Positions 28,755-38,338 are shown, counted from the stretch's first letter. The stretch: 57,374 bases of DNA from a virus (IMGVR_UViG_3300005805_000103:1-57374); one strand, 5' to 3'. Notes: generated from the letters alone by a model not told the origin. Made by a program: numbers and translations.

Positions 28755-30825
28755 CGCTGTTGTTTATTAACAACTTACGCGCTGCATCCACGTAGTATTG
28801 GTAATCAACATCGTTGCCAAAGTCAGCCATGTTGTTGCATGTCTTGAGCGTGTAGTCGGTGTCGATGCCAATCTTTCTTGGCTCTGCGTCAGGCATCAGC
28901 GGCGGCATTATCTTGATGAGCTTGCCCCCGTTGATGCTTGCGTAGTAGCGGCAGATGTTTTGCTGCTGCACTTCGGTTCCATCCTCCTGCACCAACACCA
29001 GACGGCTGCTGCGCGGCACCTTCGTTCGCATCATAAAGTCGTAGGTGTTTTCATGGTTGCGGATGAAGGTTTCGATATCGACACCGTCAAGCATGTGCGC
29101 TTCAGCAGCACGGGGGATGATGAGTCCGCCCTGATCCTGATGCCATCCGAGTCCTTCGTATTGATATGCACCTTTGCGTTTCACCTTGCCGTTAGTGTAG
29201 ACGGCAATGTAGTTGTTGACGTCACGCAGATACATCGCAGAGTATTCGGCAAACTCCAGTTGCAGCCCGACTTGTTCTTGCCACAGCTTGCACGTCATGT
29301 TGTACCAATGACGATATTTACGCGGCAGCTTCACCGTAATGCCGTCGGTGTTCACCTGAATCAGCGACAGTCCTTTGATGCGCAACAGCTTCTCAGCCAA
29401 CAAGCACAGGCTAAGCTGTCCATTGATGGTGATCGACATTGTGTACTGCGGATCGTAGAAGGGGCTGTACTGGTTGTTGCTGTCCCCGTAGACGCCATTC
29501 AACGCAAGCTTGAGCATGGCATTCTCTGCCGTGCCTTTTGCGTAGCTCTTGCGTTGATTGTAGACGTCCTCGTAAATGTCGCAGAACTTCTCCGACAAAT
29601 GCTCGGGGTAGACGCGGTTGGCAATGGCAATGTTCGGATACATAGACGCCACGTCAGCGTCGATGATAATGTGCGTATCATCTTCGCGGACGATGGTGTT
29701 TTCTAAACTGCCATGAATGCCACCAGTGCCGAAGTCAAAACGGAAGCCGTCAACGATGACGTTGAGGTTGTCGGCTTCTTTCCAACACATCCAGTGGCTG
29801 TGCTGCGTTTCGCCTTTCTTCTTCGCCTTCAACTCCACCTGCTCATTCCACCCCAGAGGATGTTGCTGCTTGAAGTCGTCAATGTCCTCGAACGATGGCG
29901 TGCGTGGAAACTTCTTGCGCTTGGTGTACATCTGCGCATACTGGGCAACGTCGCCTAGATCGGCTTCGTCAATCTCGCTGAAGACACCTTTGGTTTCGCT
30001 AATCTTTTGACGGCTAAACCATTCCTGCACCGCAATGAATTCGGGACGATTGAAGTCGTAGTAGTCGAACAGACAATCGGCAATTTTGATTTGCTTGCGC
30101 TTGGTTTGATTGATGGTGCGTTTGCCTTTGTTGTCGTACTTGTAGCAACTACCCGGCAACTCTTCTTCGAGTCGCATGATGAAATAGTCTTTACCAATCT
30201 TCGTGTCGTTGTGATTGATAAAGCTGCGCCCATACTTCTGCGTCAACTCTTCGCGAAACTTGATGAGGTCTTTGCTTGCGTTGTAGAAGTCGAGCGTGCG
30301 CAAGACGTCATGCTCGTTGTAATGCAACAGCACATCGATCTGTGCGTCCATCAAAGCAGTGCCAACATCGAATGGCAGGTCTTCGATGGTGTCGCTCTTC
30401 ATATTAAACTGAAGCATCTTCAGCGACGTGGCGCGAGCCTTGTTATCGAAGTGATGTATCTTGTAGAGATCGACTTGCTGCACATGCTCGTCAGCAGTGC
30501 GGACAATGTGCTCAAACTTCTCGTCGCTGCCGATGAGAGCCATTGCTTTCTTATACGCACGCACAGCGACGGCTTTGCCACTCACCGTGACAGCTTTGTC
30601 TCTTACAGATAGGAGATCATGGATAACAGGATAATCAAAGCCAATGTTATTGAAGCCCACCATGCGGTGTTGTTCAGCGCGCAAACGATCAAGAAATGCG
30701 AACAGATCAGCAGCTTGATTCTTTCTAGTAGAACATTCATAAACTACCTTTTCAGATTTGTCGGCTGCAATCGCAATGAAGCTGAAGCAGTTGGGATATG
30801 TCTCGATATCAAATATGAAGTCCAT
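28726..30825 (-). CDS. Family B DNA polymerase with 3'-5' exonuclease
   Basis: Exo motifs FDIETY, GFNNIGFDYP, YNEHDV; polymerase motifs DVASMYP, KLALNGVYG, NTDG. Confidence 0.88.
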   Translation of the reverse strand: MDFIFDIETYPNCFSFIAIAADKSEKVVYECSTRKNQAADLFAFLDRLRAEQHRMVGFNNIGFDYPVIHDLLSVRDKAVTVSGKAVAVRAYKKAMALIGSDEKFEHIVRTADEHVQQVDLYKIHHFDNKARATSLKMLQFNMKSDTIEDLPFDVGTALMDAQIDVLLHYNEHDVLRTLDFYNASKDLIKFREELTQKYGRSFINHNDTKIGKDYFIMRLEEELPGSCYKYDNKGKRTINQTKRKQIKIADCLFDYYDFNRPEFIAVQEWFSRQKISETKGVFSEIDEADLGDVAQYAQMYTKRKKFPRTPSFEDIDDFKQQHPLGWNEQVELKAKKKGETQHSHWMCWKEADNLNVIVDGFRFDFGTGGIHGSLENTIVREDDTHIIIDADVASMYPNIAIANRVYPEHLSEKFCDIYEDVYNQRKSYAKGTAENAMLKLALNGVYGDSNNQYSPFYDPQYTMSITINGQLSLCLLAEKLLRIKGLSLIQVNTDGITVKLPRKYRHWYNMTCKLWQEQVGLQLEFAEYSAMYLRDVNNYIAVYTNGKVKRKGAYQYEGLGWHQDQGGLIIPRAAEAHMLDGVDIETFIRNHENTYDFMMRTKVPRSSRLVLVQEDGTEVQQQNICRYYASINGGKLIKIMPPLMPDAEPRKIGIDTDYTLKTCNNMADFGNDVDYQYYVDAARKLLINNSVDIEEMVAI

Positions 30826-30843
30826 TAAAACATCCTGAAGATG

Positions 30844-31035
30844 TCAAAGATTGTTAGAAGGAGGTTGAGGATGTCTGTCAATATCTCTAGCATTCAATTG
30901 CTCCATGATGTTCTGTCGTTCCGTTTCAGTCATGCGTGCCCACAGCGTTATCTCTTCGACAGTGCGCCGACACCCGACGCACATGCCTTGCACAAGCTTA
31001 CAGACTTTGGTGCACGGTGTCAACTCAAAGGACAT
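30844..31035 (-). CDS. DUF1289-like cysteine-rich protein
   Basis: TPCTKVC....MCVGCRRTVEEITLW. Confidence 0.75.
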   Translation of the reverse strand: MSFELTPCTKVCKLVQGMCVGCRRTVEEITLWARMTETERQNIMEQLNARDIDRHPQPPSNNL

Positions 31036-32647
31036 CGTCGTCTTCACCTTCAATCGGTTGGTCATCAACCTCAAGAAGTCGTCCGGTCTGCCGAGTGTAT
31101 AGCAACGAACAAGCAGGCCCGGTTTCACCGCTAAACCGTGACTTCAAGACGCGGAGCCGTGTTGTGTTTCGAGCCATGATGTCTTCGGCTTGTCCATTGC
31201 GTTCGGCACCAATCACCATGTCACTAAGCTGAGCAATTGCCCCGCTGCCACGAAGTTGCGCAAGCGATGTTGCCCCACCTTCTTCGTGTGCTCGACCATC
31301 CGGGCGCTTCAAGTGTGATACAGCAAACAACGAAATGTCAAGTTCTTGTACTGCTGTTCGAAGCTTGGTCATCAATTCGTCAATGGCTTTTCGCTCGTCC
31401 CCGTTCTCCTGACTGGAGACAATCAGACTTATATGGTCAAGAAATATATATTTACACTCCAACGCCTTTGCCATGTAACGAATGCGATTGATAATCGTTT
31501 CGATATTATTCGATCCAAAATGATTGAACAAATACAATCGTCCTGTACCAAGTGTCCTTTCGAAAGCGTCTTTGCGTTCTTCCTCCGTTGATTCGGTGTC
31601 GGGTAGATGCAACGGCTTATTAGCAGCAAGTGACATCACAGACAATCCCGTCTTGCGGATACTCTCTTCCATGAACATGAGTCCGACATTGTCTTCCGTG
31701 TTCTGAAGAATGTGCCACAAAATCTCTCTCAAGATTTGTGACTTACCCATGCCACTACCTGCGGTGAGTGTCACCAATTCACCCAATCGAATGCCGTAAG
31801 TGATTTTGTTCAATCCTTCCCACGGATACATGCACTGCGCAGGTGCGGGTGGCGTCGATACCAAGTCCCACAAATTATTACCGGCAACAATGCCGTCGGG
31901 AATGAAAGCTTCAGCAGCCCACCACCGCTGCACGAAGACAGCTTCTTTGTTTGCAGCAACATAGTCGCACGCATCCTTCATCTCCGGGTCGTGCTTGAAC
32001 ACCTTCGCCTTGTTACCAAACAACTCAGCAACTTCCTTCGCTGCCTTCTTGCCGGGTTCGTCATTATCAAAACAGACGACAATGTTCTCGAAGCTGTTGA
32101 GCCATTCGTATGCTGCGCGGCAATCCTTCAGCGCACCAGTAGCACCGTTGCGGATGCTGACGCAGGGCCATTTGCTGCCGGTTGCCTGAAACACTGCGAG
32201 TGCGTCAAATTCACCTTCGGTGATGGTGATGTATTTGCCACCGCTGCTGAAAATGTTTTGTCCAAACAGCGTTGACTTTGTCCATTCACCTTCGGTGCTG
32301 AACTTCTTCTCGGCTTTGGCCCTCACCTTTGCAGCAACAAGCGTGCCGTTGGCGTCGTAGTAGGGGAAATAGTAGTTGTTAGCGTCAGATGAGACACCGA
32401 AGCGCTCAGAGGTTGCTCGTGTCAAACGTCGGGCGCTCACAGCAGGAGCGTCGTTGTCTGTGAAATGTCGCTGAAAATTCATGTTCACCTTTTTGGTAAC
32501 GGGTTTGGAATATTCGATGACGATGTCATCATCTGGTGGTGTGTAATGCGTACATGAGAAACAATAGCTACTGCCGTCAGCATTGATGCTACGTGCGTCG
32601 CTGCTGCCACATTCGTCACATGCAACGTGAGTCTTGAGAAATGCCAT
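31025..32647 (-). CDS. DNA primase-helicase (T7 gp4-like)
   Basis: Zn finger CDECGSSDA..YCFSC, TOPRIM ITEGEFD/FDND, Walker A GSGMGKS, LDHIS, VSHLKR, LRGSGAIAQLSD. Confidence 0.95.
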   Translation of the reverse strand: MAFLKTHVACDECGSSDARSINADGSSYCFSCTHYTPPDDDIVIEYSKPVTKKVNMNFQRHFTDNDAPAVSARRLTRATSERFGVSSDANNYYFPYYDANGTLVAAKVRAKAEKKFSTEGEWTKSTLFGQNIFSSGGKYITITEGEFDALAVFQATGSKWPCVSIRNGATGALKDCRAAYEWLNSFENIVVCFDNDEPGKKAAKEVAELFGNKAKVFKHDPEMKDACDYVAANKEAVFVQRWWAAEAFIPDGIVAGNNLWDLVSTPPAPAQCMYPWEGLNKITYGIRLGELVTLTAGSGMGKSQILREILWHILQNTEDNVGLMFMEESIRKTGLSVMSLAANKPLHLPDTESTEEERKDAFERTLGTGRLYLFNHFGSNNIETIINRIRYMAKALECKYIFLDHISLIVSSQENGDERKAIDELMTKLRTAVQELDISLFAVSHLKRPDGRAHEEGGATSLAQLRGSGAIAQLSDMVIGAERNGQAEDIMARNTTRLRVLKSRFSGETGPACSLLYTRQTGRLLEVDDQPIEGEDDDVL

Positions 32648-32823
32648 CAGTCGCGCACAACAACTACACAATCAACCTTGAGAATAAAATTGAGGCAATG
32701 ATATTCGTCGAGTTCTTTTACCCAAAACCGGTCAATGTCTGTCGATACCACAATAAATTCCTTGCCAATGTGTTGCGTGTACCAGAACAGCGCGTCACTG
32801 CTCTTCTTGACTCGGACGCGCAT
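32647..32823 (-). CDS. Hypothetical protein
   Basis: Likely start MRVRVKK; FWY..HIG motif. Confidence 0.5.
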   Translation of the reverse strand: MRVRVKKSSDALFWYTQHIGKEFIVVSTDIDRFWVKELDEYHCLNFILKVDCVVVVRD

Positions 32824-33052
32824 CGTATAGCCTAAGCGGTGGACGTTGTTGGAACTGCTCTCCGTTGCGGCATTCATTGGTAGCGGTGCAGCTACCTTTC
32901 TTGCCCAAGAATACACAGTTGTTGCAATCGATTTGATCATGCTCATTTAAGGCTTCCTTCAATGCGTCAATGTGAAAAACACGGTCGTGTCTGCGACCAC
33001 CGAATTCGAGAAAATCAAGTGCCGCTAGCGCGGCGTTACGAAGATTGTTCAT
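32795..33052 (-). CDS. Hypothetical protein with CxxC motif
   Basis: 85 aa ORF. Confidence 0.5.
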   Translation of the reverse strand: MNNLRNAALAALDFLEFGGRRHDRVFHIDALKEALNEHDQIDCNNCVFLGKKGSCTATNECRNGEQFQQRPPLRLYDARPSQEEQ

Positions 33053-33053
33053 A

Positions 33054-33197
33054 TTATTCCACTACGAAAACAAAACCGGCATTGGCTAATGCGTAGCCAA
33101 ACCAAACAATACCCATCCCAGTATTGCCTTTTATGAATTGATCAATGGCAACGCCGAGATAAATGATACCGACAACTCCAATAAGCCATCCGCTCAT
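33054..33197 (-). CDS. Small two-TM membrane protein
   Basis: Manual translation MSGWLIGVVGIIYLGVAIDQFIKGNTGMGIVWFGYALANAGFVFVVE. Confidence 0.65.
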   Translation of the reverse strand: MSGWLIGVVGIIYLGVAIDQFIKGNTGMGIVWFGYALANAGFVFVVE

Positions 33198-33316
33198 TTT
33201 GCCATCCACATATAAAGACCCATCAATGCAACAAATACAGCAGCACTGCGCATCAATATTTCAATCAAGTCTCGCAGCATGTCGTATTCCATTTCGCGGT
33301 ATTCTTCTTCGCTCAT
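33194..33316 (-). CDS. Small membrane protein
   Basis: MSEEEYREMEYDMLRDLIEILMRSAAVFVALMGLYMWMAK; ATGA overlap with next gene. Confidence 0.45.
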   Translation of the reverse strand: MSEEEYREMEYDMLRDLIEILMRSAAVFVALMGLYMWMAK

Positions 33317-33446
33317 GTTCATCCTTCCATTTTTTTAGCTGAATGATTCCGAGAAGTGCGTTAGCAATTTCGTCTTCTGTCGGCGGTGTTTCAGCATCAC
33401 ACACCGCAAAGAGCAGTAGCTCAAGTGCACCATCAACAGCATCCAT
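33261..33446 (-). CDS. Hypothetical protein
   Basis: TEDEIANALLGI motif; follows recombinase. Confidence 0.5.
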   Translation of the reverse strand: MDAVDGALELLLFAVCDAETPPTEDEIANALLGIIQLKKWKDEHERRRIPRNGIRHAARLD

Positions 33447-34573
33447 TATGCGCTCCTTTGCATAAGCTCAACATCACCAACAAGCTGTGTCGGGAACTGC
33501 CTAATCTCCTGCGCCTTCGCTGCGCCTCGTCGAGTGTGTACAAAATACGGCATCACTGACGACACATCCTGATGCCCACTCATCTGCATCACGGTGATGA
33601 GGTCACCACCGTTTTCAATTGTCTCGGTGATGGCTGTGCGACGAAGGTCACGAAGCTGTAGCTCTCGACTCAGCTTAGCTGCTTCAGCAATGTCGAGATA
33701 ATATTTGTTGATGGTGCTGACGGGATAGGGAATGAATTTACCCAGTCGTCTCACCATCTGCGGAGCAACATAGTCTGACAGGAAGAAGTCTTTCTTCTGC
33801 TGCTTGAGCATTTTAGCAAGCCCTTCAGAGATTGGCAATTGCACTTTCGCATCACGCTTGCTCTGACGAATGGTGACAGTGTTGGTGTCGAAGTCAATAT
33901 TTTCCCACTTGAGATTGAGGATGTCGCTAACGCGCTGTCCCCACTCATAAATCATGTAGAAAATAATACCGGCATTGCGCCATTGCCAACGTGAGAATGC
34001 GGTGTTGAGGAAGGCGCGGACGTCTTTCCTGTCCCACATCACCTTGCGGTGTTTGATGGCTTTGCACTTCACCTTCTCGAACGGGTTGTGTCGAGTGTAG
34101 CCGCAACGAATAGCGTAGTTAAGTATCAGCTTATATACGGTGAGATGTGTGTTGGCAACGCGTGGTGTTGTTTGTCGCACGTAGTCGTCGTACATGCGCT
34201 GTATCATTGGCGTTTCCAATGTTGACAGCTTCGCATGCTGCAAAGCAACACCGGCAACCTTGATGTTGCGCCATGCTTCGATTGACAAGCGATATTGTTT
34301 CTTCGTCACGTCAGCAAGCGACGTGTAGTTGACGCTGTGCAGATAGGCGAAGAGAACGTCTTTTACTTTGCCGTCTTTGCGCAGGTCGGCAATGTGCTTC
34401 ATTGCGCTACGCCATTCCTCCATGCGAGCATTGCTTTCGTTGGCGTAGGCAATGGCGTCGTCAAGCTTGTCGAGCGGGAAAGACTTACGCTTGACAACAC
34501 CGGCATCAATTGCATTCTGTGGGGGATTGTAATAAATGTCAGTGAGACGATGACGTAAGTTTTGTGCTGTCAT
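33446..34573 (-). CDS. Tyrosine recombinase/integrase-family protein
   Basis: GQRVSDILNLKW, QSKR, RDLRRT, SGH, terminal catalytic Y (VMPYF); N-terminal core-binding helices. Confidence 0.85.
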   Translation of the reverse strand: MTAQNLRHRLTDIYYNPPQNAIDAGVVKRKSFPLDKLDDAIAYANESNARMEEWRSAMKHIADLRKDGKVKDVLFAYLHSVNYTSLADVTKKQYRLSIEAWRNIKVAGVALQHAKLSTLETPMIQRMYDDYVRQTTPRVANTHLTVYKLILNYAIRCGYTRHNPFEKVKCKAIKHRKVMWDRKDVRAFLNTAFSRWQWRNAGIIFYMIYEWGQRVSDILNLKWENIDFDTNTVTIRQSKRDAKVQLPISEGLAKMLKQQKKDFFLSDYVAPQMVRRLGKFIPYPVSTINKYYLDIAEAAKLSRELQLRDLRRTAITETIENGGDLITVMQMSGHQDVSSVMPYFVHTRRGAAKAQEIRQFPTQLVGDVELMQRSA

Positions 34574-34806
34574 TTCATTTCCCTGATCAGGTTTCGTATG
34601 AAGCCGTAATAGTTATGACGTTCTTCTTGTCTATGAAGATCGTCAAGCATGGTGCAAATGAGGTCGCGCTCGGCGGTGGCGACAAGAGCGGCGAAGTGCT
34701 GCATCTGCTCGACTGTCCTGAGCGTGAAGTCATAAGGGTTGTCGTTAGGAAAATCAAAGATGGTTTCCTGCACTAGTGCGATCACGGTTTCTTTATCCAT
34801 TGCCAT
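34570..34806 (-). CDS. Hypothetical protein
   Basis: FAALVATAER motif common in phage early genes. Confidence 0.55.
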   Translation of the reverse strand: MAMDKETVIALVQETIFDFPNDNPYDFTLRTVEQMQHFAALVATAERDLICTMLDDLHRQEERHNYYGFIRNLIREMK

Positions 34807-35368
34807 CTCCTATGCCGTGGGCGCGTTCTGTCTTGCGGATCAGTTCCATCGCAGCGTTGCCGTACTCCTCCATTCGGTAGTCCTGCTCAACCAAAGCCCA
34901 CGCCTCCTCCTCCGTCAGCGGCCTGCGCGGGGTGGGTGCTGTGTAGAGGGGCATCCACCCATCAATCGGCACAACCACAAAACTATCGCTCGCCCACCCT
35001 CGTCTATCAGGATCAATCCATGATGGATTCATCCACGCCACCGGCTCCTGCTTCCTGCACTCAGGATGCACGGATTCACAGCCTTCCCAGTGAGTTGTTT
35101 GTGGCTTGGCAAGGGCTTCAGCAGACCCAATGCTCACATCACCCGTCACCGGGTCAATCCTGAGCCGATCATCGCCGTGGTAGGTCATGTGCGGCTGCTC
35201 AGGCTCGGCAAGGGCTGCGCGGAGGGCGGTTCCAGCCGTCATCAGTAAATCCTGCGCGTACTCATGCTTTGTTTTGGTGGTCAATTGTCTCTTGAGGCAG
35301 GCATCGGCGTATTCCAACGCCTCAAGCGCCTGCTGCGCGGCTTGTCGTAGGGTTATTTCGCTTGGCAT
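34793..35368 (-). CDS. Mosaic hypothetical protein (QEPVAW...PLYTAP family)
   Basis: LRQAAQQALEAL, QEPVAW, PLYTAP, PLT, ERAHGI modules. Confidence 0.65.
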   Translation of the reverse strand: MPSEITLRQAAQQALEALEYADACLKRQLTTKTKHEYAQDLLMTAGTALRAALAEPEQPHMTYHGDDRLRIDPVTGDVSIGSAEALAKPQTTHWEGCESVHPECRKQEPVAWMNPSWIDPDRRGWASDSFVVVPIDGWMPLYTAPTPRRPLTEEEAWALVEQDYRMEEYGNAAMELIRKTERAHGIGDGNG

Positions 35369-35508
35369 TCGTACACCTTGTTGTCAACGTAGAATGAAGA
35401 AAGCTTGTCACAGGAATTCTGAACACGTGTTATTCCAACAACGCTCCCAAGAACAAACGACGCAATGATTAAAAGAATAACCATTGAAAATTCAAAAACG
35501 TCTTTCAT
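35353..35508 (-). CDS. Small membrane protein
   Basis: MKDVFEFSMVILLIIASFVLGSVVGITRVQNSCDKLSSFYVDNKVYECQAK. Confidence 0.6.
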   Translation of the reverse strand: MKDVFEFSMVILLIIASFVLGSVVGITRVQNSCDKLSSFYVDNKVYECQAK

Positions 35509-36341
35509 TTATTTTCCCCTAGCTCGTACAGAGCGTTAGCAACTTCGAAGATGCGGGTTTTGTTCTGAAGCACAGCGACGTATTCGTGAGGGAAACAGTC
35601 GATGCCTTCTCTTGCACCAATCCACATGCCCGCAACGCAAGCGTTGGTGTCGGTGTCCCATCCGTAGGACACAGCGTGTCGTAGCGTAGCACCACCGTCG
35701 CCTCTGCCGTAGTGTACGGCATGTCGTGCAGCGTTGAAGGTGTACATGATTGACCCCTTCTTGATGCGGGGATTTGTTGTCGGATTGAAATACAACGAAT
35801 GGAATTGAGGCTGCGTCGGACCCATCACTTCAGCAACGAACGCAGCGGTGTATCCGAGAATGTCGGCATTGCCATGCGTCATCAGGCTTGCAGCAACAGC
35901 GTCAGCAAGCGCTTGCATGCTGTTGTTGTGGTTGGCAGCAAGGCAGGCAGCAATTCGCATGATGCTGCCGTTGCCGCTGTCGTGTGTGTCGCCTGTTGAA
36001 GCAAAGGGTCGGTCATGCTCCATGCGGTCGATGGCAGCAGCAGTGGTGCGTCCAATGTCAAACACATAGCCACGGGTGCCGTACTTGCCAGTCTTGCGCC
36101 AGTCTTTGAAACGACGTGCCGCATCTTGTGGGTCGAACTTGCCACGGGCAACGTAGCTTTCGCCCAACGCTAGTGTCAATGCACCGTCGTCGGTGTATTC
36201 ACCGAGGCTAACATCATGAGCGCCACCAGTTGTCAGCACGACGTCATTCGGATTTATCCGTTCACCAAACTCATACGGTGCGCCAAGCATGTCGCCCAAG
36301 AACGCACCAACAAACATGCCAACAACTTGATCCCGGGTCAT
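35505..36341 (-). CDS. ADP-ribosylglycohydrolase (DraG/ARH family)
   Basis: GAFLGDMLGAPYEF, YTDD, FDIGRTT, GNGSIMR, TH, DTDTNACVAG. Confidence 0.92.
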   Translation of the reverse strand: MTRDQVVGMFVGAFLGDMLGAPYEFGERINPNDVVLTTGGAHDVSLGEYTDDGALTLALGESYVARGKFDPQDAARRFKDWRKTGKYGTRGYVFDIGRTTAAAIDRMEHDRPFASTGDTHDSGNGSIMRIAACLAANHNNSMQALADAVAASLMTHGNADILGYTAAFVAEVMGPTQPQFHSLYFNPTTNPRIKKGSIMYTFNAARHAVHYGRGDGGATLRHAVSYGWDTDTNACVAGMWIGAREGIDCFPHEYVAVLQNKTRIFEVANALYELGENK

Positions 36342-36565
36342 TGTGTATCCTTTTCTTTCGGAGGTTTTCGAAGCGGTGTTATCTGTGCCGCAGCAGGAAT
36401 GTGAACAACTTGTCCTAGCATGTCAACACAATAGCTATACATTCCGTCGAGATGATCGAAGAAGAAATAACTATCGCACCATTTAATATAGTTGTTGCGT
36501 GGCACAGAATACAGCGGTGTCGGTGGCAGATGTATCCAATCACGCAGGTCCACTTCGCTAATCAT
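36338..36565 (-). CDS. Hypothetical protein
   Basis: FDHLDGMYSYC motif. Confidence 0.6.
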   Translation of the reverse strand: MISEVDLRDWIHLPPTPLYSVPRNNYIKWCDSYFFFDHLDGMYSYCVDMLGQVVHIPAAAQITPLRKPPKEKDTQ

Positions 36566-36717
36566 TGTGCGCCTTTCGATAACACCTGTTTCGGTGTCTT
36601 ACGTGGAATACGATTTGTCGGGTGACAAAGATATTTCTCGCCGAGTTTTAAAATGGCTTCTTTGGCACGCTGAAAATTTCGTTGTTGCACTTCCTGCAAC
36701 TGCTGCTCGATGTTCAT
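36562..36717 (-). CDS. Hypothetical protein
   Basis: Start MNIEQQ; LGEKYLCHP motif. Confidence 0.55.
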   Translation of the reverse strand: MNIEQQLQEVQQRNFQRAKEAILKLGEKYLCHPTNRIPRKTPKQVLSKGAQ

Positions 36718-36780
36718 ATTAATAGCCTCAAGAAAAACGGTAGTGTCAGAATGACAACGATCCATATAAGCCCATCGTCA

Positions 36781-37047
36781 TCACACACGATAGTGCTCGT
36801 AGCTACGGATGCGGCTTTGCTTGTCGGTGTGCTTCTCGATGAAATGCAGGTCTGTGCCATGTTCCCGCAGTGCCTGCATCAACAGCGACAAGTCGCAGTC
36901 CTCTTCGAGAAAGGCGTAGTCTCCACGTTGATACGAATACGATGACACCTTGTCGGCAATACCGAGGTTGGTCAGCACAGCCTTACGCACCTTAGCCCAT
37001 GCATGACCGGGGTCGCTGTATACGGTGACGGTGAATTGTTTGCGCAT
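36781..37047 (-). CDS. Conserved phage protein (SDPGHAW...SYSY...LEEDCD family)
   Basis: Start MRKQF with RBS AAGGAG. Confidence 0.7.
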   Translation of the reverse strand: MRKQFTVTVYSDPGHAWAKVRKAVLTNLGIADKVSSYSYQRGDYAFLEEDCDLSLLMQALREHGTDLHFIEKHTDKQSRIRSYEHYRV

Positions 37048-37051
37048 TTGT

Positions 37052-37267
37052 TTACTCCTTGATGTAGTTGTCCATGTTCTCTTCCTCAACAGCAACGTAG
37101 AACGTGTTGAGGGTTTCGAAGCTTCCGTCTTCGTTGATGAGCGTCACCATCTGTGACGTGACAATGCGCTCACAACCCAGTCGTGGGTGATCGAGTGCAA
37201 TGACAGTGACCTGCTTGTCGTTGACAGGGCGTAAGCTGTCGCGGACATAATGTACAGTGGGTTTCAT
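37052..37267 (-). CDS. Hypothetical protein
   Basis: DHPRLG...TS...FETLNT motif. Confidence 0.65.
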   Translation of the reverse strand: MKPTVHYVRDSLRPVNDKQVTVIALDHPRLGCERIVTSQMVTLINEDGSFETLNTFYVAVEEENMDNYIKE

Positions 37268-37428
37268 AGCATAGCCTCCGGCATGTTGGTGAGCGCTTGC
37301 TTACTTTGTTCGCGCTGTCGCTGTTTCAAAAAAGAACGCTGCCGTTGTCGTTGTGACTCGGGCAGCGCCTTACCTTTGTAGGTGGGGAAGGGCCACACAA
37401 GCGGTAGCCCTTCGTTGTTGCGTTGCAT
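37264..37428 (-). CDS. Small WPFP-motif protein
   Basis: MQRNNEGLPLVWPFPTYKGK... Confidence 0.5.
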   Translation of the reverse strand: MQRNNEGLPLVWPFPTYKGKALPESQRQRQRSFLKQRQREQSKQALTNMPEAML

Positions 37429-38285
37429 TATGCAGGCAGCAGATCGAACAATGCGCTGTTGATACGAACATGCTCCGACACCGCAGTGATGGGGCGAGCC
37501 TTGCGGATGCCAATGTTCTTGTCGCTGATGGACTTGACATTGACGTTGCCACGCAGCACGTTCTCCTGAATGCGGTTCCACACAGTGAAGGCGTCAGACA
37601 GGTCATCCTCGCTACGCTGTACACCCAACGCACCACGGATGGTTTCGTCGATGGCATAGCTGCCCTTGATGGGACGTCCTTCGGCGTCAACGATATCGCT
37701 GTCGAACAGGTTCCAACGCTTCATCACGGCTTGCTTTGCAAGTTCGTAACGCTGTGACGCATCAAGCTGCACTTGACGGGCAGCATCGAAGCGCTGCATG
37801 ACAACAGGCAACTTGTCGATGATGTTACGCAGCATTGTCTCGAAGTCGGCAAGCGACTTCTTCCTGTGGTAGATAGAAGCTTGCATACCCTCACCGGCAA
37901 CGATGCCGTTGGAGCAGATGAAGCGATAGGCACCGGCAAACAACTTGACAGCGGAGGTGCCGTCGTGGCTGTTGTACATGATGATTTCGCTACGGGTGGA
38001 GCCGTCGCCTTCGTCGCCTGCCTTGGCAAAGGCGATGAGGTGAGACTTGTGCTGAGCACCAATGACGTCCTTCGCACCACGCTGACGCTTCTGTGCAGCT
38101 TGCACAGGGAAGTAGCCGTAGTCCTGCATCACGGGGATGAGCGACGACGTGTTGAGCGATTGATAGCGGTCAGACAAGCGCTCTGCCTTCGTCTCTGTGA
38201 ACACAGCGGGAGCACGGTAGGCAATGTCGTCCAACGTCATGACGGCGTTGTCGTTGCGACGGGAGAAGATGAGAGATTGACGCAT
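37428..38285 (-). CDS. DUF932-like protein
   Basis: APAVF, SDRY, NSHDGTSA...GAYRFICSNG, WNRIQEN. Confidence 0.85.
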   Translation of the reverse strand: MRQSLIFSRRNDNAVMTLDDIAYRAPAVFTETKAERLSDRYQSLNTSSLIPVMQDYGYFPVQAAQKRQRGAKDVIGAQHKSHLIAFAKAGDEGDGSTRSEIIMYNSHDGTSAVKLFAGAYRFICSNGIVAGEGMQASIYHRKKSLADFETMLRNIIDKLPVVMQRFDAARQVQLDASQRYELAKQAVMKRWNLFDSDIVDAEGRPIKGSYAIDETIRGALGVQRSEDDLSDAFTVWNRIQENVLRGNVNVKSISDKNIGIRKARPITAVSEHVRINSALFDLLPA

Positions 38286-38338
38286 GATGTTTCCTTTCGG
38301 GAGAGATTGTCAGCACCGTTGCCGACAACATGGGTTGC

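Noticed and set aside
23512-30612. Long plus-strand ORFs antisense to nrdJ and the polymerase (e.g. 23512-24183, 24247-24996, 28798-29706), and similar ones opposite portal
   Set aside because: Shadow ORFs from codon bias of real genes on the other strand; no motifs or RBS
25216-30825. Modified-base genome (2-aminoadenine or 7-deazaguanine) suggested by DUF5664-like, MazG and an unusual polymerase
   Set aside because: No PurZ, HD-type dATPase, FolE/QueD/QueE/QueC or DpdA recognisable in the window
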